62,109 bases of DNA, taken from a virus. Where the stretch lies: the IMG/VR virus record IMGVR_UViG_3300009433_000007, one strand, 5' to 3'. The notes under the pieces are model-generated. The model searched no databases. It worked only from the letters and a program-made list of their open reading frames with translations, and was not told where the DNA came from. The position numbers and the translations under genes were made by a program. The first letter of the stretch is position 1; each line of letters starts with the position of its first letter. Shown piece by piece: positions 37,621-47,427 of this stretch.

Positions 37621-39837
37621 ATGGCGACTCCTCAATTGTCTCCAGGCGTATTAGTCCGGGAGGTTGACCTTACAGTAGGAAGAGCTGAGAATGTAATAGA
37701 TAATATCGGAGCGATTGCGGGACCTTTTGCAATTGGACCCGTTGACGAACCAATTGACATCAGCACTGAGCAAGACCTAATTAGTACGTTTGGTAAACCA
37801 ATCTCGACAGATGCTCAATATGAGTACTGGATGAGTGCATCAAACTATCTTACCTATGGAGGAGTTCTTAAGGTTATAAGAACAGATGATACTCAACTGA
37901 ACAATGCTAACGCGGGTGTTGGTATTGCTTCAACCACATCTTTAAAGATCAACAACTACGACGATTATCAGCAGAATCACAAAGAAAGTGATAACACTTT
38001 CACTTATGCTGCTAAAAACCCAGGTGCTTGGGGCAACGGTTTAAAAGTCTGCTACATCGATGATTTTGCAGATCAAACTGTTGGTATAGCAACCACCTCT
38101 CTTGAGGGTATCGGTGCTCAAATTGGATTTGGTGTCACTTCTTCCTTGAGTGGAGTTGTAATTCCTGGAACAGGAACTACCTCTGAGTTCACGGGTTTCC
38201 TGAAAGGAATCATCACGGGTCTGACGACAGACTCTAGTGGTAATTCTAGTACAATCGACATTAAAGTTGTTTCTCGCGTAGAAACTGTCGGTACTGGATC
38301 CACTGAAACCAAGATCGATTATGCAGAGGGAACTTCTTTCGCAGCATTCGGAACTAGTGTTGCACTGAACATTGTTAACAACTCTGGTGTTAACACCACG
38401 GGCGTGATTTCATCTGCATTGACACCTGGAACTGCAGTTGACTGGTATGACCAACAAACTCTTGGTTTAAGCAACGCCACTCTGTTCTGGAAGTCCATCG
38501 CTCCAAGACCTACTTCTAATGTCTTTGTAACCGATAGAAGCGGTAAGAACGATGGTATTCACGTTGCAGTCGTTGATGATACTGGAAGCATTACTGGTAT
38601 CAAGGGCAATCTGATTGAGAATTTCTTAAATCTCTCCAAAGCCGGAGATGCTATCTCCGATTACAACGCTCCTACTAAGAACTACTATAAAGATTACATT
38701 GCAGACTTCTCTGCAAATGTTTACTCTGGATACAATCTTTCCTCTGGTATCACTACCAGTGGCGGTTCTACTTGTGTACCTAGAGCATCTGGATTCTCGA
38801 CGGACTTTACTCCAGTTACAACTGGCGATGGTCTTTTTGGACTTGACTCCCAGGACGTAACCTTCTCTGTTCTCGGTAATAAGACCTTCACCCTTGGTGG
38901 TGGTGTTGACTATTCCGCAACAAACGGAATGAAGGCAGAACTTTCTAGCCTCATCACTTCTTACGGTCTCTTCGCCAATAAAGATGAGATTGAAGTCGAT
39001 TATCTAATTATGGGTCCTGGTTGTACCAATGAGTCTGATTCACAGGCAAAAGCAAACTACATCATCTCTCTTGCAAATGCAAGAAAAGATTGTGTTGCGG
39101 TTGTTGGTCCTCATAGAGCAAACTTGGTTAACATCACCAACACCACGACTCAAACAAACAACTTAATTAACTACTTTGCTCCACTTCAATCGTCTTCATA
39201 CGCGATCTTCGATAGTGGTTACAAGTATCAGTATGACAGATTTAACAACATCTTCCGTTATGTACCATGTAACCCAGATGTTGCTGGTCTGATGACTCGC
39301 ACAAACTTGGTTGCATTCCCATGGTTCTCGCCTGCCGGACAACAGCGTGGAGTTATCAACAACTCGGTTAAACTTGCATACAACCCAACCAAAGCACAAA
39401 GAGATAAACTGTATCCTAACAGAATTAACTCCTTTATCACCACACCTGGTATCGGAACACTTCTGTTTGGAGACAAGACCGCTCTTGGATATGCCTCCGC
39501 ATTTGACAGAATTAACGTTCGCCGTTTGTTCCTCACTATTGAGCAAGCACTTGAGAGAGCAGCACAAGCTCAACTCTTTGAACTCAACGATGAGTTAACG
39601 AGAGCAAACTTCAGAAATATCGTTGAACCATTCTTGCGTGATATTGAAGCGAAGAGAGGACTCTACGGATTCTTGGTTATTTGTGATAGTACAAATAACA
39701 CTCCTGATGTTATTGATAATAATGAGTTCAGAGCAGACATCTTCCTGAAACCTGCTAAGAGCATCAACTACGTAACACTTACTTTTGTTGCTACCAGAAC
39801 TGGCGTCAGTTTTGAAGAAGTAGCAGGTAGAGTTTGA
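37621..39837 (+). CDS. g18: Tail sheath protein gp18
   Basis: LSPGVLVREVDLT, AKNPGAWGN, PWFSPAG, LFGDKT, FDRINVRRLF, KPAKSINYVTLTFVATRTGVSFEE. Confidence 0.98.
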   Translation: MATPQLSPGVLVREVDLTVGRAENVIDNIGAIAGPFAIGPVDEPIDISTEQDLISTFGKPISTDAQYEYWMSASNYLTYGGVLKVIRTDDTQLNNANAGVGIASTTSLKINNYDDYQQNHKESDNTFTYAAKNPGAWGNGLKVCYIDDFADQTVGIATTSLEGIGAQIGFGVTSSLSGVVIPGTGTTSEFTGFLKGIITGLTTDSSGNSSTIDIKVVSRVETVGTGSTETKIDYAEGTSFAAFGTSVALNIVNNSGVNTTGVISSALTPGTAVDWYDQQTLGLSNATLFWKSIAPRPTSNVFVTDRSGKNDGIHVAVVDDTGSITGIKGNLIENFLNLSKAGDAISDYNAPTKNYYKDYIADFSANVYSGYNLSSGITTSGGSTCVPRASGFSTDFTPVTTGDGLFGLDSQDVTFSVLGNKTFTLGGGVDYSATNGMKAELSSLITSYGLFANKDEIEVDYLIMGPGCTNESDSQAKANYIISLANARKDCVAVVGPHRANLVNITNTTTQTNNLINYFAPLQSSSYAIFDSGYKYQYDRFNNIFRYVPCNPDVAGLMTRTNLVAFPWFSPAGQQRGVINNSVKLAYNPTKAQRDKLYPNRINSFITTPGIGTLLFGDKTALGYASAFDRINVRRLFLTIEQALERAAQAQLFELNDELTRANFRNIVEPFLRDIEAKRGLYGFLVICDSTNNTPDVIDNNEFRADIFLKPAKSINYVTLTFVATRTGVSFEEVAGRV

Positions 39838-39849
39838 TTATATTATTAT

Positions 39850-39856
39850 CTAAATA
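39850..39856 (+). promoter_or_regulatory. Late promoter for g19
   Basis: CTAAATA 19 nt upstream of g19; GGAG RBS follows. Confidence 0.6.
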
Positions 39857-39875
39857 ACAATAAGGAGAATTAAAA

Positions 39876-40454
39876 ATGGCACATTCACTTACCGACTTTA
39901 AATCAAAACTTGTAGGGGGCGGCGCACGCCCCAATCTATTTGAAGTTGAAATCACACCTGGCGACCTCCCTACTGGGGTTGCCAAATATGATGGAGACGT
40001 TTTTAAATACATGTGTAAGGCAGCAAACCTTCCTGCTTCTAATGTAGCTTCGATTGATGTTCCTTTTAGAGGACGTACTTTCAAAGTTAATGGTGATCGC
40101 ACATTTGATAACTGGACCATTACCGTCATTAATGACACTGATTTCAAAATCAGAAGAGCATTTGAAGAATGGACACAGTTCGTTGCTAACTATCAAGAAG
40201 CATCTGGTGCAACCAATCCCCAATCTTATATGAGATCTGCTACCGTTAAGCACTTAGGCAGGAAAAAGTCTAACATTGGTTACGGCGAAAACAACTCTAA
40301 AGGTGAAGGTCTTAAGACTATTGCCCAATATAAATTTGCGGACATCTTTCCTGTTAATGTTTCTGCAATTGATCTTTCTTATGATACCACAGATACTATT
40401 GAAGAGTTTACTGTAGAATTTGCAGTTAACTACTGGTATCCTGAGCAGGTTTGA
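39876..40454 (+). CDS. g19: Tail tube protein gp19
   Basis: GGGARPNLFEV, CKAANLPAS, VPFRGR...GDRTFDNWTITVIND, IEEFTVEF. Confidence 0.96.
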   Translation: MAHSLTDFKSKLVGGGARPNLFEVEITPGDLPTGVAKYDGDVFKYMCKAANLPASNVASIDVPFRGRTFKVNGDRTFDNWTITVINDTDFKIRRAFEEWTQFVANYQEASGATNPQSYMRSATVKHLGRKKSNIGYGENNSKGEGLKTIAQYKFADIFPVNVSAIDLSYDTTDTIEEFTVEFAVNYWYPEQV

Positions 40455-40462
40455 TATCTGGT

Positions 40463-40469
40463 CTAAATA
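40463..40469 (+). promoter_or_regulatory. Late promoter for g20
   Basis: CTAAATA 28 nt upstream of g20. Confidence 0.6.
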
Positions 40470-40497
40470 GTCTAAGGAAACTTAGATTCATATAATC

Positions 40498-42168
40498 ATG
40501 TCCAAGTTATTTGGGTTCTCAATAGAGGACACCGAACCACTATCTCCAAGTGCAGTCAGTCCCGTTCCTCCTAACAATGAGGATGGGTCTGACCACTATA
40601 TGAGTAGTGGTTTTTTTGGTACTCATGTAGACATTGAAGGTGTTTTTAAAAATGAGTTTGAACTAATCAAACGATATCGTGAAATGTCACTTCATCCAGA
40701 AGCAGACAGTGCAATTGAAGATATTGTAAATGAGGCAGTTGTTTCAGATTCCAATGATAGTCCTGTAGAAATAGAACTTTCAAATTTAAATGCCAGTGAT
40801 GGTATTAAAACAAAAATTCGTAAAGAATTTAAATATATTTTAGATTTATTGGATTTTGATAAGAAGGCACATGAAATTTACCGTAACTGGTATATTGATG
40901 GTCGTATCTATTATCATAAAATTATTGACTTAAAGAAACCCGAAGAAGGTATTCAGGAGTTACGTTATATTGACGCTATGAAAATGCGTTATGTTCGACA
41001 ACAAAAGAAAAAACCTAATGATGGTACTGGTAGAAATAATTTATTAGTTAATTCTAGAAATGATAATCCTATGGATTATGACTTTCCAGAAATTGAAGAG
41101 TATTTTATTTACAATCCTAAGACTACATATGGGGGAAACCCTATGCAGTCCAGTGCAAATCAGGGAATTAAAATTGCTAGAGATGCAGTTACATATTGTA
41201 CCTCTGGTTTAGTAGATAGAAATAAGGGGTCAACTCTTTCATATCTACACAAAGCAATTAAGTCACTCAATCAACTTCGTATGATTGAGGACTCTTTGGT
41301 AATCTATCGTTTGAGCAGAGCACCAGAACGTAGAATTTTCTACATTGATGTTGGCAATCTACCAAAACAAAAAGCAGAACAATATCTACGTGACGTTATG
41401 ATGCGTTATCGTAACAAACTCGTATACGATGCGAACACCGGAGAGATTCGTGATGACAAAAAATACATGGCAATGCTTGAGGACTTCTGGCTTCCCAGGC
41501 GTGAGGGTGGAAGAGGAACTGAAATCACCACTCTCCCTGGCGGACAAAACCTGGGTGAAATCACTGATATTGAGTATTTTAAAAAGAAACTCTACCGTTC
41601 ACTTAACGTCCCTCCATCACGAATGGATGGAGAAGGTGGGTTTAACTTGGGGAGATCTTCTGAGATCTTAAGAGATGAACTCAAGTTCACTAAGTTTGTT
41701 TCTCGTTTAAGAAAGAGATTCTCCAACATGTTTAATGACATGCTGAAGACCCAATTACTCCTGAAGAATGTAATTACTCCAGAAGATTGGGAGATTATGA
41801 GTGAGCACATTCAGTATGATTTCCTGTATGACAATCACTTCTCTGAATTAAAAGAAGCAGAGTTGATGAATGAAAGATTGACTCTAGCTGCAACTGCAGA
41901 ACCATATATTGGTAAGTATTACTCTCAAGATTATGTTCGTCGTAAAATCCTACGTCAAACTGATATGGAGATTATTGAGCAGGATAAATTGATTGAAAAT
42001 GAAATTAAGAAAGGTATTATTCCTGACCCTGCAACTATTGATCCTTCGACAGGATTGCCCTTTGCACCAGAAGGTGCTGGTGGAGATTTAGGTGCTCCAG
42101 TGATGGAACCCGAAATAGATGGATCTGCAACAGAAGCACCCGAATTACCCAAGGGTGGCGAAATATAA
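40498..42168 (+). CDS. g20: Portal protein gp20
   Basis: LIKRYREMSLHPE, WYIDGRIYYHK, RMIEDSLVIYRLSRAPERRIFYIDVGNLPK, EDFWLPRREGGRGTEITTLPGG. Confidence 0.98.
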   Translation: MSKLFGFSIEDTEPLSPSAVSPVPPNNEDGSDHYMSSGFFGTHVDIEGVFKNEFELIKRYREMSLHPEADSAIEDIVNEAVVSDSNDSPVEIELSNLNASDGIKTKIRKEFKYILDLLDFDKKAHEIYRNWYIDGRIYYHKIIDLKKPEEGIQELRYIDAMKMRYVRQQKKKPNDGTGRNNLLVNSRNDNPMDYDFPEIEEYFIYNPKTTYGGNPMQSSANQGIKIARDAVTYCTSGLVDRNKGSTLSYLHKAIKSLNQLRMIEDSLVIYRLSRAPERRIFYIDVGNLPKQKAEQYLRDVMMRYRNKLVYDANTGEIRDDKKYMAMLEDFWLPRREGGRGTEITTLPGGQNLGEITDIEYFKKKLYRSLNVPPSRMDGEGGFNLGRSSEILRDELKFTKFVSRLRKRFSNMFNDMLKTQLLLKNVITPEDWEIMSEHIQYDFLYDNHFSELKEAELMNERLTLAATAEPYIGKYYSQDYVRRKILRQTDMEIIEQDKLIENEIKKGIIPDPATIDPSTGLPFAPEGAGGDLGAPVMEPEIDGSATEAPELPKGGEI

Positions 42169-42171
42169 ATA
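42164..42171 (+). promoter_or_regulatory. Late promoter
   Basis: Exact TATAAATA at the g20 stop. Confidence 0.7.
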
Positions 42172-42199
42172 AATCTAGTTGTTTACTATACAATTCCAA

Positions 42200-42400
42200 A
42201 TGGATGACCTTTTAGATATGATGATTGCTGACGAGTCACCATCTCAAATCAGTGATGCTCTCAAAGATATGCTATATACGAAATCGGCAGAAAGACTTGA
42301 TGCTTTCCGTCCGATAGTAGCAAATGGTGTGTTTGCCGGAGAGGATCCTATTGAAGTTGAAGTTGATGATGAGGAACTTGAGACCAGTGATGGCGTTTAA
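42200..42400 (+). CDS. Small acidic protein between g20 and g21 (prohead-core gp67/gp68 position)
   Basis: 66 aa from ATG42200; strongly acidic; synteny only. Confidence 0.7.
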   Translation: MDDLLDMMIADESPSQISDALKDMLYTKSAERLDAFRPIVANGVFAGEDPIEVEVDDEELETSDGV

Positions 42401-42408
42401 TATAAATA
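42401..42408 (+). promoter_or_regulatory. Late promoter
   Basis: Exact TATAAATA. Confidence 0.7.
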
Positions 42409-42431
42409 AATTATACTGAAAGTTAGGAAAG

Positions 42432-42689
42432 ATGAAAGTCTTAGGAGATGCCACTGCGTTGGCAACAGGCACAACCAAATTTAAAACCTCAACAGCAGTT
42501 TATATTGGCAATACTGACAATACAAATGATTATGATGTGACTGTTCGGAATGCCGCTGATGATGCAGACCTAGGATCTATAACAGTTCCCGCTGCAGGTT
42601 CTCTCGTTATCCACATAGATATCGGTCAGGGTCTGAGAGGTAATGCTGCGTTAAAAGGAACTAAAGTTAATGTAGACGCACGCACTTAA
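42432..42689 (+). CDS. Small beta-rich hypothetical late protein (85 aa)
   Basis: ORF with own late promoter and AGGA RBS. Confidence 0.7.
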   Translation: MKVLGDATALATGTTKFKTSTAVYIGNTDNTNDYDVTVRNAADDADLGSITVPAAGSLVIHIDIGQGLRGNAALKGTKVNVDART

Positions 42690-42716
42690 TTTCAAGTAAA
42701 ATAATCTACCAGTCAA

Positions 42717-43367
42717 ATGAAACTAATCAGAGAAGAAATAGAATCAGTAGAGTTTCTTGTCGAATCTAAAAACGGCAAAAAATCTATGTATATTGAAGGA
42801 GTGTTCCTTCAAGGAAACATCAAAAACCGTAATGGTCGTATGTATCCGATGGAAACACTTCGTCGTGAAGTGGGTCGCTATAATGAAGCGCATGTTAATG
42901 CTGGTAGAGCACTTGGAGAACTTGGACATCCCGATGGACCCACTGTCAATCTAGATAGAGTTTCTCATAAAATTGTATCACTTAGAGAAAGTGGATCCAA
43001 CTTTGTTGGAAAAGCAAAGATTCTCAGCACTCCTATGGGTATGATTGCACAGTCACTTATCGGTGAGGGTGTAAAACTCGGTGTTTCTTCTCGTGGTATT
43101 GGTTCATTAAAGCAGACCCGTGAAGGTGTTAATATCGTCGGTGATGATTTTATGTTAGCAACTGCTGCTGATATCGTTGCTGATCCTTCTGCACCAGATG
43201 CTTTTGTTGAAGGTATTATGGAAGGTAAGGATTGGGTATGGGATGGAGGTATTCTTCGTGAGAAGTTTGCTGAGAAGACATACAAGCAAATCAATACACT
43301 TGTAGACCAAAAACAATTAGATGAGAATAAGTTAAACTTATTCAATGACTTCTTATCTAATCTTTAA
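42717..43367 (+). CDS. g21: Prohead protease gp21
   Basis: YIEGVFLQGNIKNRNGRMYP, ALGELGHP, GVSSRGIGS, DIVADPSAPDAFV. Confidence 0.97.
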   Translation: MKLIREEIESVEFLVESKNGKKSMYIEGVFLQGNIKNRNGRMYPMETLRREVGRYNEAHVNAGRALGELGHPDGPTVNLDRVSHKIVSLRESGSNFVGKAKILSTPMGMIAQSLIGEGVKLGVSSRGIGSLKQTREGVNIVGDDFMLATAADIVADPSAPDAFVEGIMEGKDWVWDGGILREKFAEKTYKQINTLVDQKQLDENKLNLFNDFLSNL

Positions 43368-43370
43368 TTT

Positions 43371-43378
43371 TATAAATA
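43371..43378 (+). promoter_or_regulatory. Late promoter for g22/g23
   Basis: Exact TATAAATA; GGAG RBS follows. Confidence 0.75.
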
Positions 43379-43414
43379 AATATAGTTTTAATACGGAAAA
43401 AACGGAGAGTTCAA

Positions 43415-44518
43415 ATGTCTCGTGGTAAAAAATTACAAGAAATGGATGTAAAGACACAGCAATCCCGCACCGCTGTTAATGCTGGGGCAAAACCTGCTGA
43501 TCCCATGCCTACCATGGCAGATCCAGGAACCCAGTTAGCAAGTGTCGAGGATCTTGGTGGTCCTACCCCAGAAAATTATAAGTCAGATGACGATTCAGCG
43601 AAGCTGAAGACACCTGGTGGAACCCTTAAGCAAGTTAAGGATGTAGTAACTAAGAGTGCTGGTAAAGCAGATCCCATGAAAGGCATGAAGGAAGAAGAAG
43701 AAGTTTCTACCGAAGAAACCATCGAAGAGGAAGAAATTTCTACTGAAGATGTAGTTTCGGAAGAAGAAACAGTTGTTGCCGAGTATGATGTCGAAGAAGA
43801 TGTCAATGCTCTCCTCGGTGGCGAAGAACTCTCCGAAGATTTCAAAGAAAAGGCAAAGACCATCTTTGAAGCAGCAATCAACTCTAAGGTTGCTGCCGTT
43901 AAAGAAGAACTGGAAGCACAGTATCAAGAAAAATTGGCAGAAGAAATTCAGTCTGCTAAAGAATCCCTCGCTGAGCGTGTAGATTCTTATCTTGAGTATG
44001 TCTCTGACGAGTGGTTTGAAGAAAACTCACTCGCCATTGAGGCAGGTCTCAAGACTGAAATGACCGAATCGTTCCTTGAAGGAATGAAGGGTCTTTTTGA
44101 AGAACATTATGTATCAATCCCTGAAGATAAGTATGATGTGCTTGAGAGCATGGTAGAAAAACTTGATGATATGGAGACAAAACTCAACGAGCAGATTGAG
44201 AAGAACATCAATTTAAACGGTCGCCTCTCCGAAGCAACCGCCGATGGTATTCTTGATCAAGTTTCTGAAGGACTCGCGTCTACTCAGAAGGAGAAACTCG
44301 CTTCACTTTCCGAAAGTGTAGAGTTTGAAAGTGAAGAACAATATCGTGACAAACTGGAAACCCTCAAAGAGTCGTATTTCAACTCTAAGAAAGAGATTTC
44401 CAATGCTAAGTCCGAAACCCTTTCTGAGGGTGTAGATAGTGCAGAGGGACTTGAATCTCATTCTGCATCTATGTCAGCATACCTGAGAACCTTAGGTTCT
44501 TTCGGAAAGCAAAACTGA
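43415..44518 (+). CDS. g22: Prohead core scaffold gp22
   Basis: Acidic coiled coil; LSEDFKEKAKTIFEAA, VDSYLEYV..EW, FLEGMKGLFEEHYV; between g21 and g23. Confidence 0.95.
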   Translation: MSRGKKLQEMDVKTQQSRTAVNAGAKPADPMPTMADPGTQLASVEDLGGPTPENYKSDDDSAKLKTPGGTLKQVKDVVTKSAGKADPMKGMKEEEEVSTEETIEEEEISTEDVVSEEETVVAEYDVEEDVNALLGGEELSEDFKEKAKTIFEAAINSKVAAVKEELEAQYQEKLAEEIQSAKESLAERVDSYLEYVSDEWFEENSLAIEAGLKTEMTESFLEGMKGLFEEHYVSIPEDKYDVLESMVEKLDDMETKLNEQIEKNINLNGRLSEATADGILDQVSEGLASTQKEKLASLSESVEFESEEQYRDKLETLKESYFNSKKEISNAKSETLSEGVDSAEGLESHSASMSAYLRTLGSFGKQN

Positions 44519-44559
44519 ATTTAACATTAAATCAAACGTAAACATTACACTTTAAGCAA

Positions 44560-45954
44560 ATGTTCCAATCCGAACAGTTGCAGGAAAAGTGGGCACCCCT
44601 TCTAAACGCTGAAGGATGCGATAAGATTCAAGATTCTCATCGTAGAGCTGTTACCGCTGTCCTGCTCGAAAACCAAGAAAAATTTATGCGTGAGCAGTCT
44701 GCCTTTGATCAAGGCGGAATGCTTACCGAGCAACCAACGAACCAAGTAGGCAACGGTGGATTCACCGGTTCCTCTGCTGCTGCAGGTCCTACTGCTGGTT
44801 TCGACCCCGTTCTGATCTCCTTGATCAGACGCTCAATGCCTAACCTGGTCGCATATGACCTCGCAGGCGTTCAACCCATGAGCGGACCTACTGGACTCAT
44901 CTTCGCGATGCGCTCCCGTAAGACCGATCAGTCTGGAAGCGAGACCTTCTTCGATGAAGTCGATTCCGCGTTCTCTGGACAACCCGCAGGACTCAACAAC
45001 GCAAACGGATTCTCCGACGCTGCTGCTGGTCTTGGTACTACTTCTCAGTCTGGTACTAATCCTGGTGTCCTGAACCCAACTGGTTCTGCATCTTCGACCG
45101 GATATAACGTCGGTCAGGGTATGCGTACCGACACTGCTGAAGCACTTGATGGAACTGGTGCATCAGCATTCAACCAGATGGCATTCTCGATCGAGAAAGT
45201 CACTGTAACCGCTAAGTCCAGAGCTCTGAAAGCAGAGTACTCCTTGGAACTGGCACAAGACCTTAAGGCAATCCACGGTCTTAACGCTGAAGCAGAACTT
45301 GCTAACATCCTCTCTACTGAAATCCTTGCGGAAATCAACAGAGAAGTCATCAGAACCATCTATAAGGTTGCTGAGCAAGGTGCTGCTACCAACGTTGCAA
45401 CCCAAGGTGAGTTTGACCTTGACATCGACTCAAACGGACGTTGGTCTGTTGAGAAGTTCAAAGGTCTTCTGTTCCAAATCGAGAGAGATGCAAACCGCAT
45501 CGCCCAAAGAACTCGTAGAGGAAAGGGCAACATCATCATGTGTTCTGCTGACGTTGCGTCTGCACTGACCATGGCTGGTGTGCTCGACTACACCCCTGCA
45601 CTCAACGCTAACCTTAACGTTGATGACACGGGTAACACCTTCGCTGGTGTTCTGCAAGGTAAGTATCGTGTATATATCGATCCTTATTCTGCAAACTCTG
45701 CTGCTAACCAGTACTACGTTGTTGGTTATAAGGGTTCTTCACCTTATGATGCAGGTCTATTCTATTGCCCTTACGTTCCCCTCCAAATGGTTCGTGCTGT
45801 TGGAGAGAACTCCTTCCAGCCCAAAATTGGCTTCAAGACTCGTTATGGTCTTGTTTCCAACCCATTCGCAGAAGGAACCACTCAGGGACTTGGACGCCTC
45901 CGCGTCAACAGCAACCGCTACTATCAGCGCGTTACTGTCAAGAACCTCATGTGA
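44560..45954 (+). CDS. g23: Major capsid protein gp23
   Basis: KWAPLL, FDPVLISLIRRSMPNL, GVQPMSGPTGLIFAMR, AKSRALKAEYSLELAQDLKAIHGL, FQPKIGFKTRYG. Confidence 0.99.
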   Translation: MFQSEQLQEKWAPLLNAEGCDKIQDSHRRAVTAVLLENQEKFMREQSAFDQGGMLTEQPTNQVGNGGFTGSSAAAGPTAGFDPVLISLIRRSMPNLVAYDLAGVQPMSGPTGLIFAMRSRKTDQSGSETFFDEVDSAFSGQPAGLNNANGFSDAAAGLGTTSQSGTNPGVLNPTGSASSTGYNVGQGMRTDTAEALDGTGASAFNQMAFSIEKVTVTAKSRALKAEYSLELAQDLKAIHGLNAEAELANILSTEILAEINREVIRTIYKVAEQGAATNVATQGEFDLDIDSNGRWSVEKFKGLLFQIERDANRIAQRTRRGKGNIIMCSADVASALTMAGVLDYTPALNANLNVDDTGNTFAGVLQGKYRVYIDPYSANSAANQYYVVGYKGSSPYDAGLFYCPYVPLQMVRAVGENSFQPKIGFKTRYGLVSNPFAEGTTQGLGRLRVNSNRYYQRVTVKNLM

Positions 45955-45977
45955 TCCGTATTCACATATACATACTG

Positions 45978-46002
45978 GAGGGTCTTCGGACCCTCTTTTT
46001 TT
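45978..46002 (+). terminator. Intrinsic terminator after g23
   Basis: GAGGGTC-TTCG-GACCCTC (cUUCGg tetraloop) followed by T7. Confidence 0.92.
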
Positions 46003-46005
46003 ATG

Positions 46006-46012
46006 CTAAATA
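46006..46012 (+). promoter_or_regulatory. Late promoter restarting transcription after the g23 terminator
   Basis: CTAAATA 3 nt after the T tract. Confidence 0.6.
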
Positions 46013-46035
46013 AAAATGTAGAGAACTACTAAAAA

Positions 46036-46221
46036 ATGGCATACCATATCAAAAAACCTAGTTTAATTAATTCCAGTGTAAATGTCTACTACACTGGTAA
46101 TAGAAGATGGACTGATGATTTTTCTGAGAGAAAAGTCTACTCCAGCGATCCGTCAAGTGATATGACCAACTCGGATGGAAAGAATGGTGGATGGACAGGT
46201 GCTACTGTTGTTAGTGAATAA
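46036..46221 (+). CDS. Hypothetical late protein (61 aa)
   Basis: ORF between the late promoter and g3. Confidence 0.7.
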   Translation: MAYHIKKPSLINSSVNVYYTGNRRWTDDFSERKVYSSDPSSDMTNSDGKNGGWTGATVVSE

Positions 46222-46223
46222 TA

Positions 46224-46787
46224 ATGCCTGATACTTCATCAAGACAAATTGAAAATAGAAATTTTCTTTCCCCAACAGGATTTAAATTTCTCCTGAAGAG
46301 AAGTCCTCAAGTTGCTTTCTTTTGCAATCAAGCAAATATCCCATCAATGGATATGGGAACAGCAACTCAATCAACTTATCTGAGAGATCTTGATATCCCT
46401 GGAGATAAGGTTCAGTTTGGGGATTTGACGATCAGATTCTTGGTTGATGAAGATCTTGCTAATTACATGGAGATTCAAAAATGGATACGTGGTCTGGGAT
46501 ATCCTGAATCTGGAAAAGATATCACAAACTTACAATTACTTGGACCTGGTGACGTTGGTGGAGAATATTATAACGAAGGATTGAATATCTATTCTGATGC
46601 TACCTTACAAATCCTCAGTAATAACTTGGTTCCTAAATTTCAAGTAACCTTTAAAGATGTATTTCCAACTTCCCTTTCAACTGTTACTTTCGATGCAACT
46701 GATACAGATATCGAGTACTTTACAGCAGAGGTAAGTTTCAAGTATACTATGTACAATATAGTTGATATGCGAAATCGTCCTTTATGA
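46224..46787 (+). CDS. g3: Tail completion / tube terminator gp3
   Basis: NRNFLSPTGFKF, FFCNQANIP, IPGDK..FGDLTIRFLVDEDLANY.EI..W, FPTSLS...FDAT; synteny after g23. Confidence 0.88.
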   Translation: MPDTSSRQIENRNFLSPTGFKFLLKRSPQVAFFCNQANIPSMDMGTATQSTYLRDLDIPGDKVQFGDLTIRFLVDEDLANYMEIQKWIRGLGYPESGKDITNLQLLGPGDVGGEYYNEGLNIYSDATLQILSNNLVPKFQVTFKDVFPTSLSTVTFDATDTDIEYFTAEVSFKYTMYNIVDMRNRPL

Positions 46788-47218
46788 TCGATCTTGATAA
46801 ACTTCAAGAGATGTGGGAGAAAGATTCAAAAATTGATAGAGACAATCTACATGATGAATCACTAAGTATCCCCTCTCTACATGCAAAGTACTTTGAACTT
46901 TATAATACACTTTTTCTTTTAAGAAAAAAAGCAGAGCAACAAAGAAAAAATATAAGACACGAACGTTATGAATACTTCAGTGGTAAAGCAGACCCTGAGG
47001 TATATGTTGAATCTCCATTTCCCAAAAAAATTAGAGATAAAGATACTATGCAAAAGTATCTTGATGCAGACGAAAAACTATCTACAGTATGTTTAAAGAT
47101 TGATTACTATGATACGATGCTTGTCTATATTGAGAGTATACTAAAGCAGATAACTAATAGAACTTATCAAATCAAAAACGCAATAGAATTCATGAGGTTT
47201 AATTCGGGACTAGGATAA
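46784..47218 (+). CDS. uvsY: Recombination mediator UvsY
   Basis: WEKDSKID..LHDESL.IP.LHAKY...RTYQIKNAIEFMRF; upstream of uvsW. Confidence 0.9.
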   Translation: MIDLDKLQEMWEKDSKIDRDNLHDESLSIPSLHAKYFELYNTLFLLRKKAEQQRKNIRHERYEYFSGKADPEVYVESPFPKKIRDKDTMQKYLDADEKLSTVCLKIDYYDTMLVYIESILKQITNRTYQIKNAIEFMRFNSGLG

Positions 47219-47400
47219 TGGATGAAGAAGGGTATTACCATTTAGAATTACCTATAGAAGGAATTCGTCTTATTCATACAGGTCTATCTCAAGCTGTCGA
47301 GAGATGGCCTGGTGGAGATGCTCAGGAGCAAGAGAATCTTATCATGATGAGAGATAATTTTTACAGAATTGTATTAGAACATCAGTTTGACAATATGTAA
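47218..47400 (+). CDS. Hypothetical protein (60 aa)
   Basis: TAATG overlap with uvsY; fills the gap to uvsW. Confidence 0.7.
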   Translation: MDEEGYYHLELPIEGIRLIHTGLSQAVERWPGGDAQEQENLIMMRDNFYRIVLEHQFDNM

Positions 47401-47406
47401 TAAATA
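47399..47406 (+). promoter_or_regulatory. Late-type promoter for uvsW
   Basis: AATAAATA 21 nt upstream of uvsW. Confidence 0.5.
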
Positions 47407-47427
47407 TTAGTAGATGAATGGATTTTT

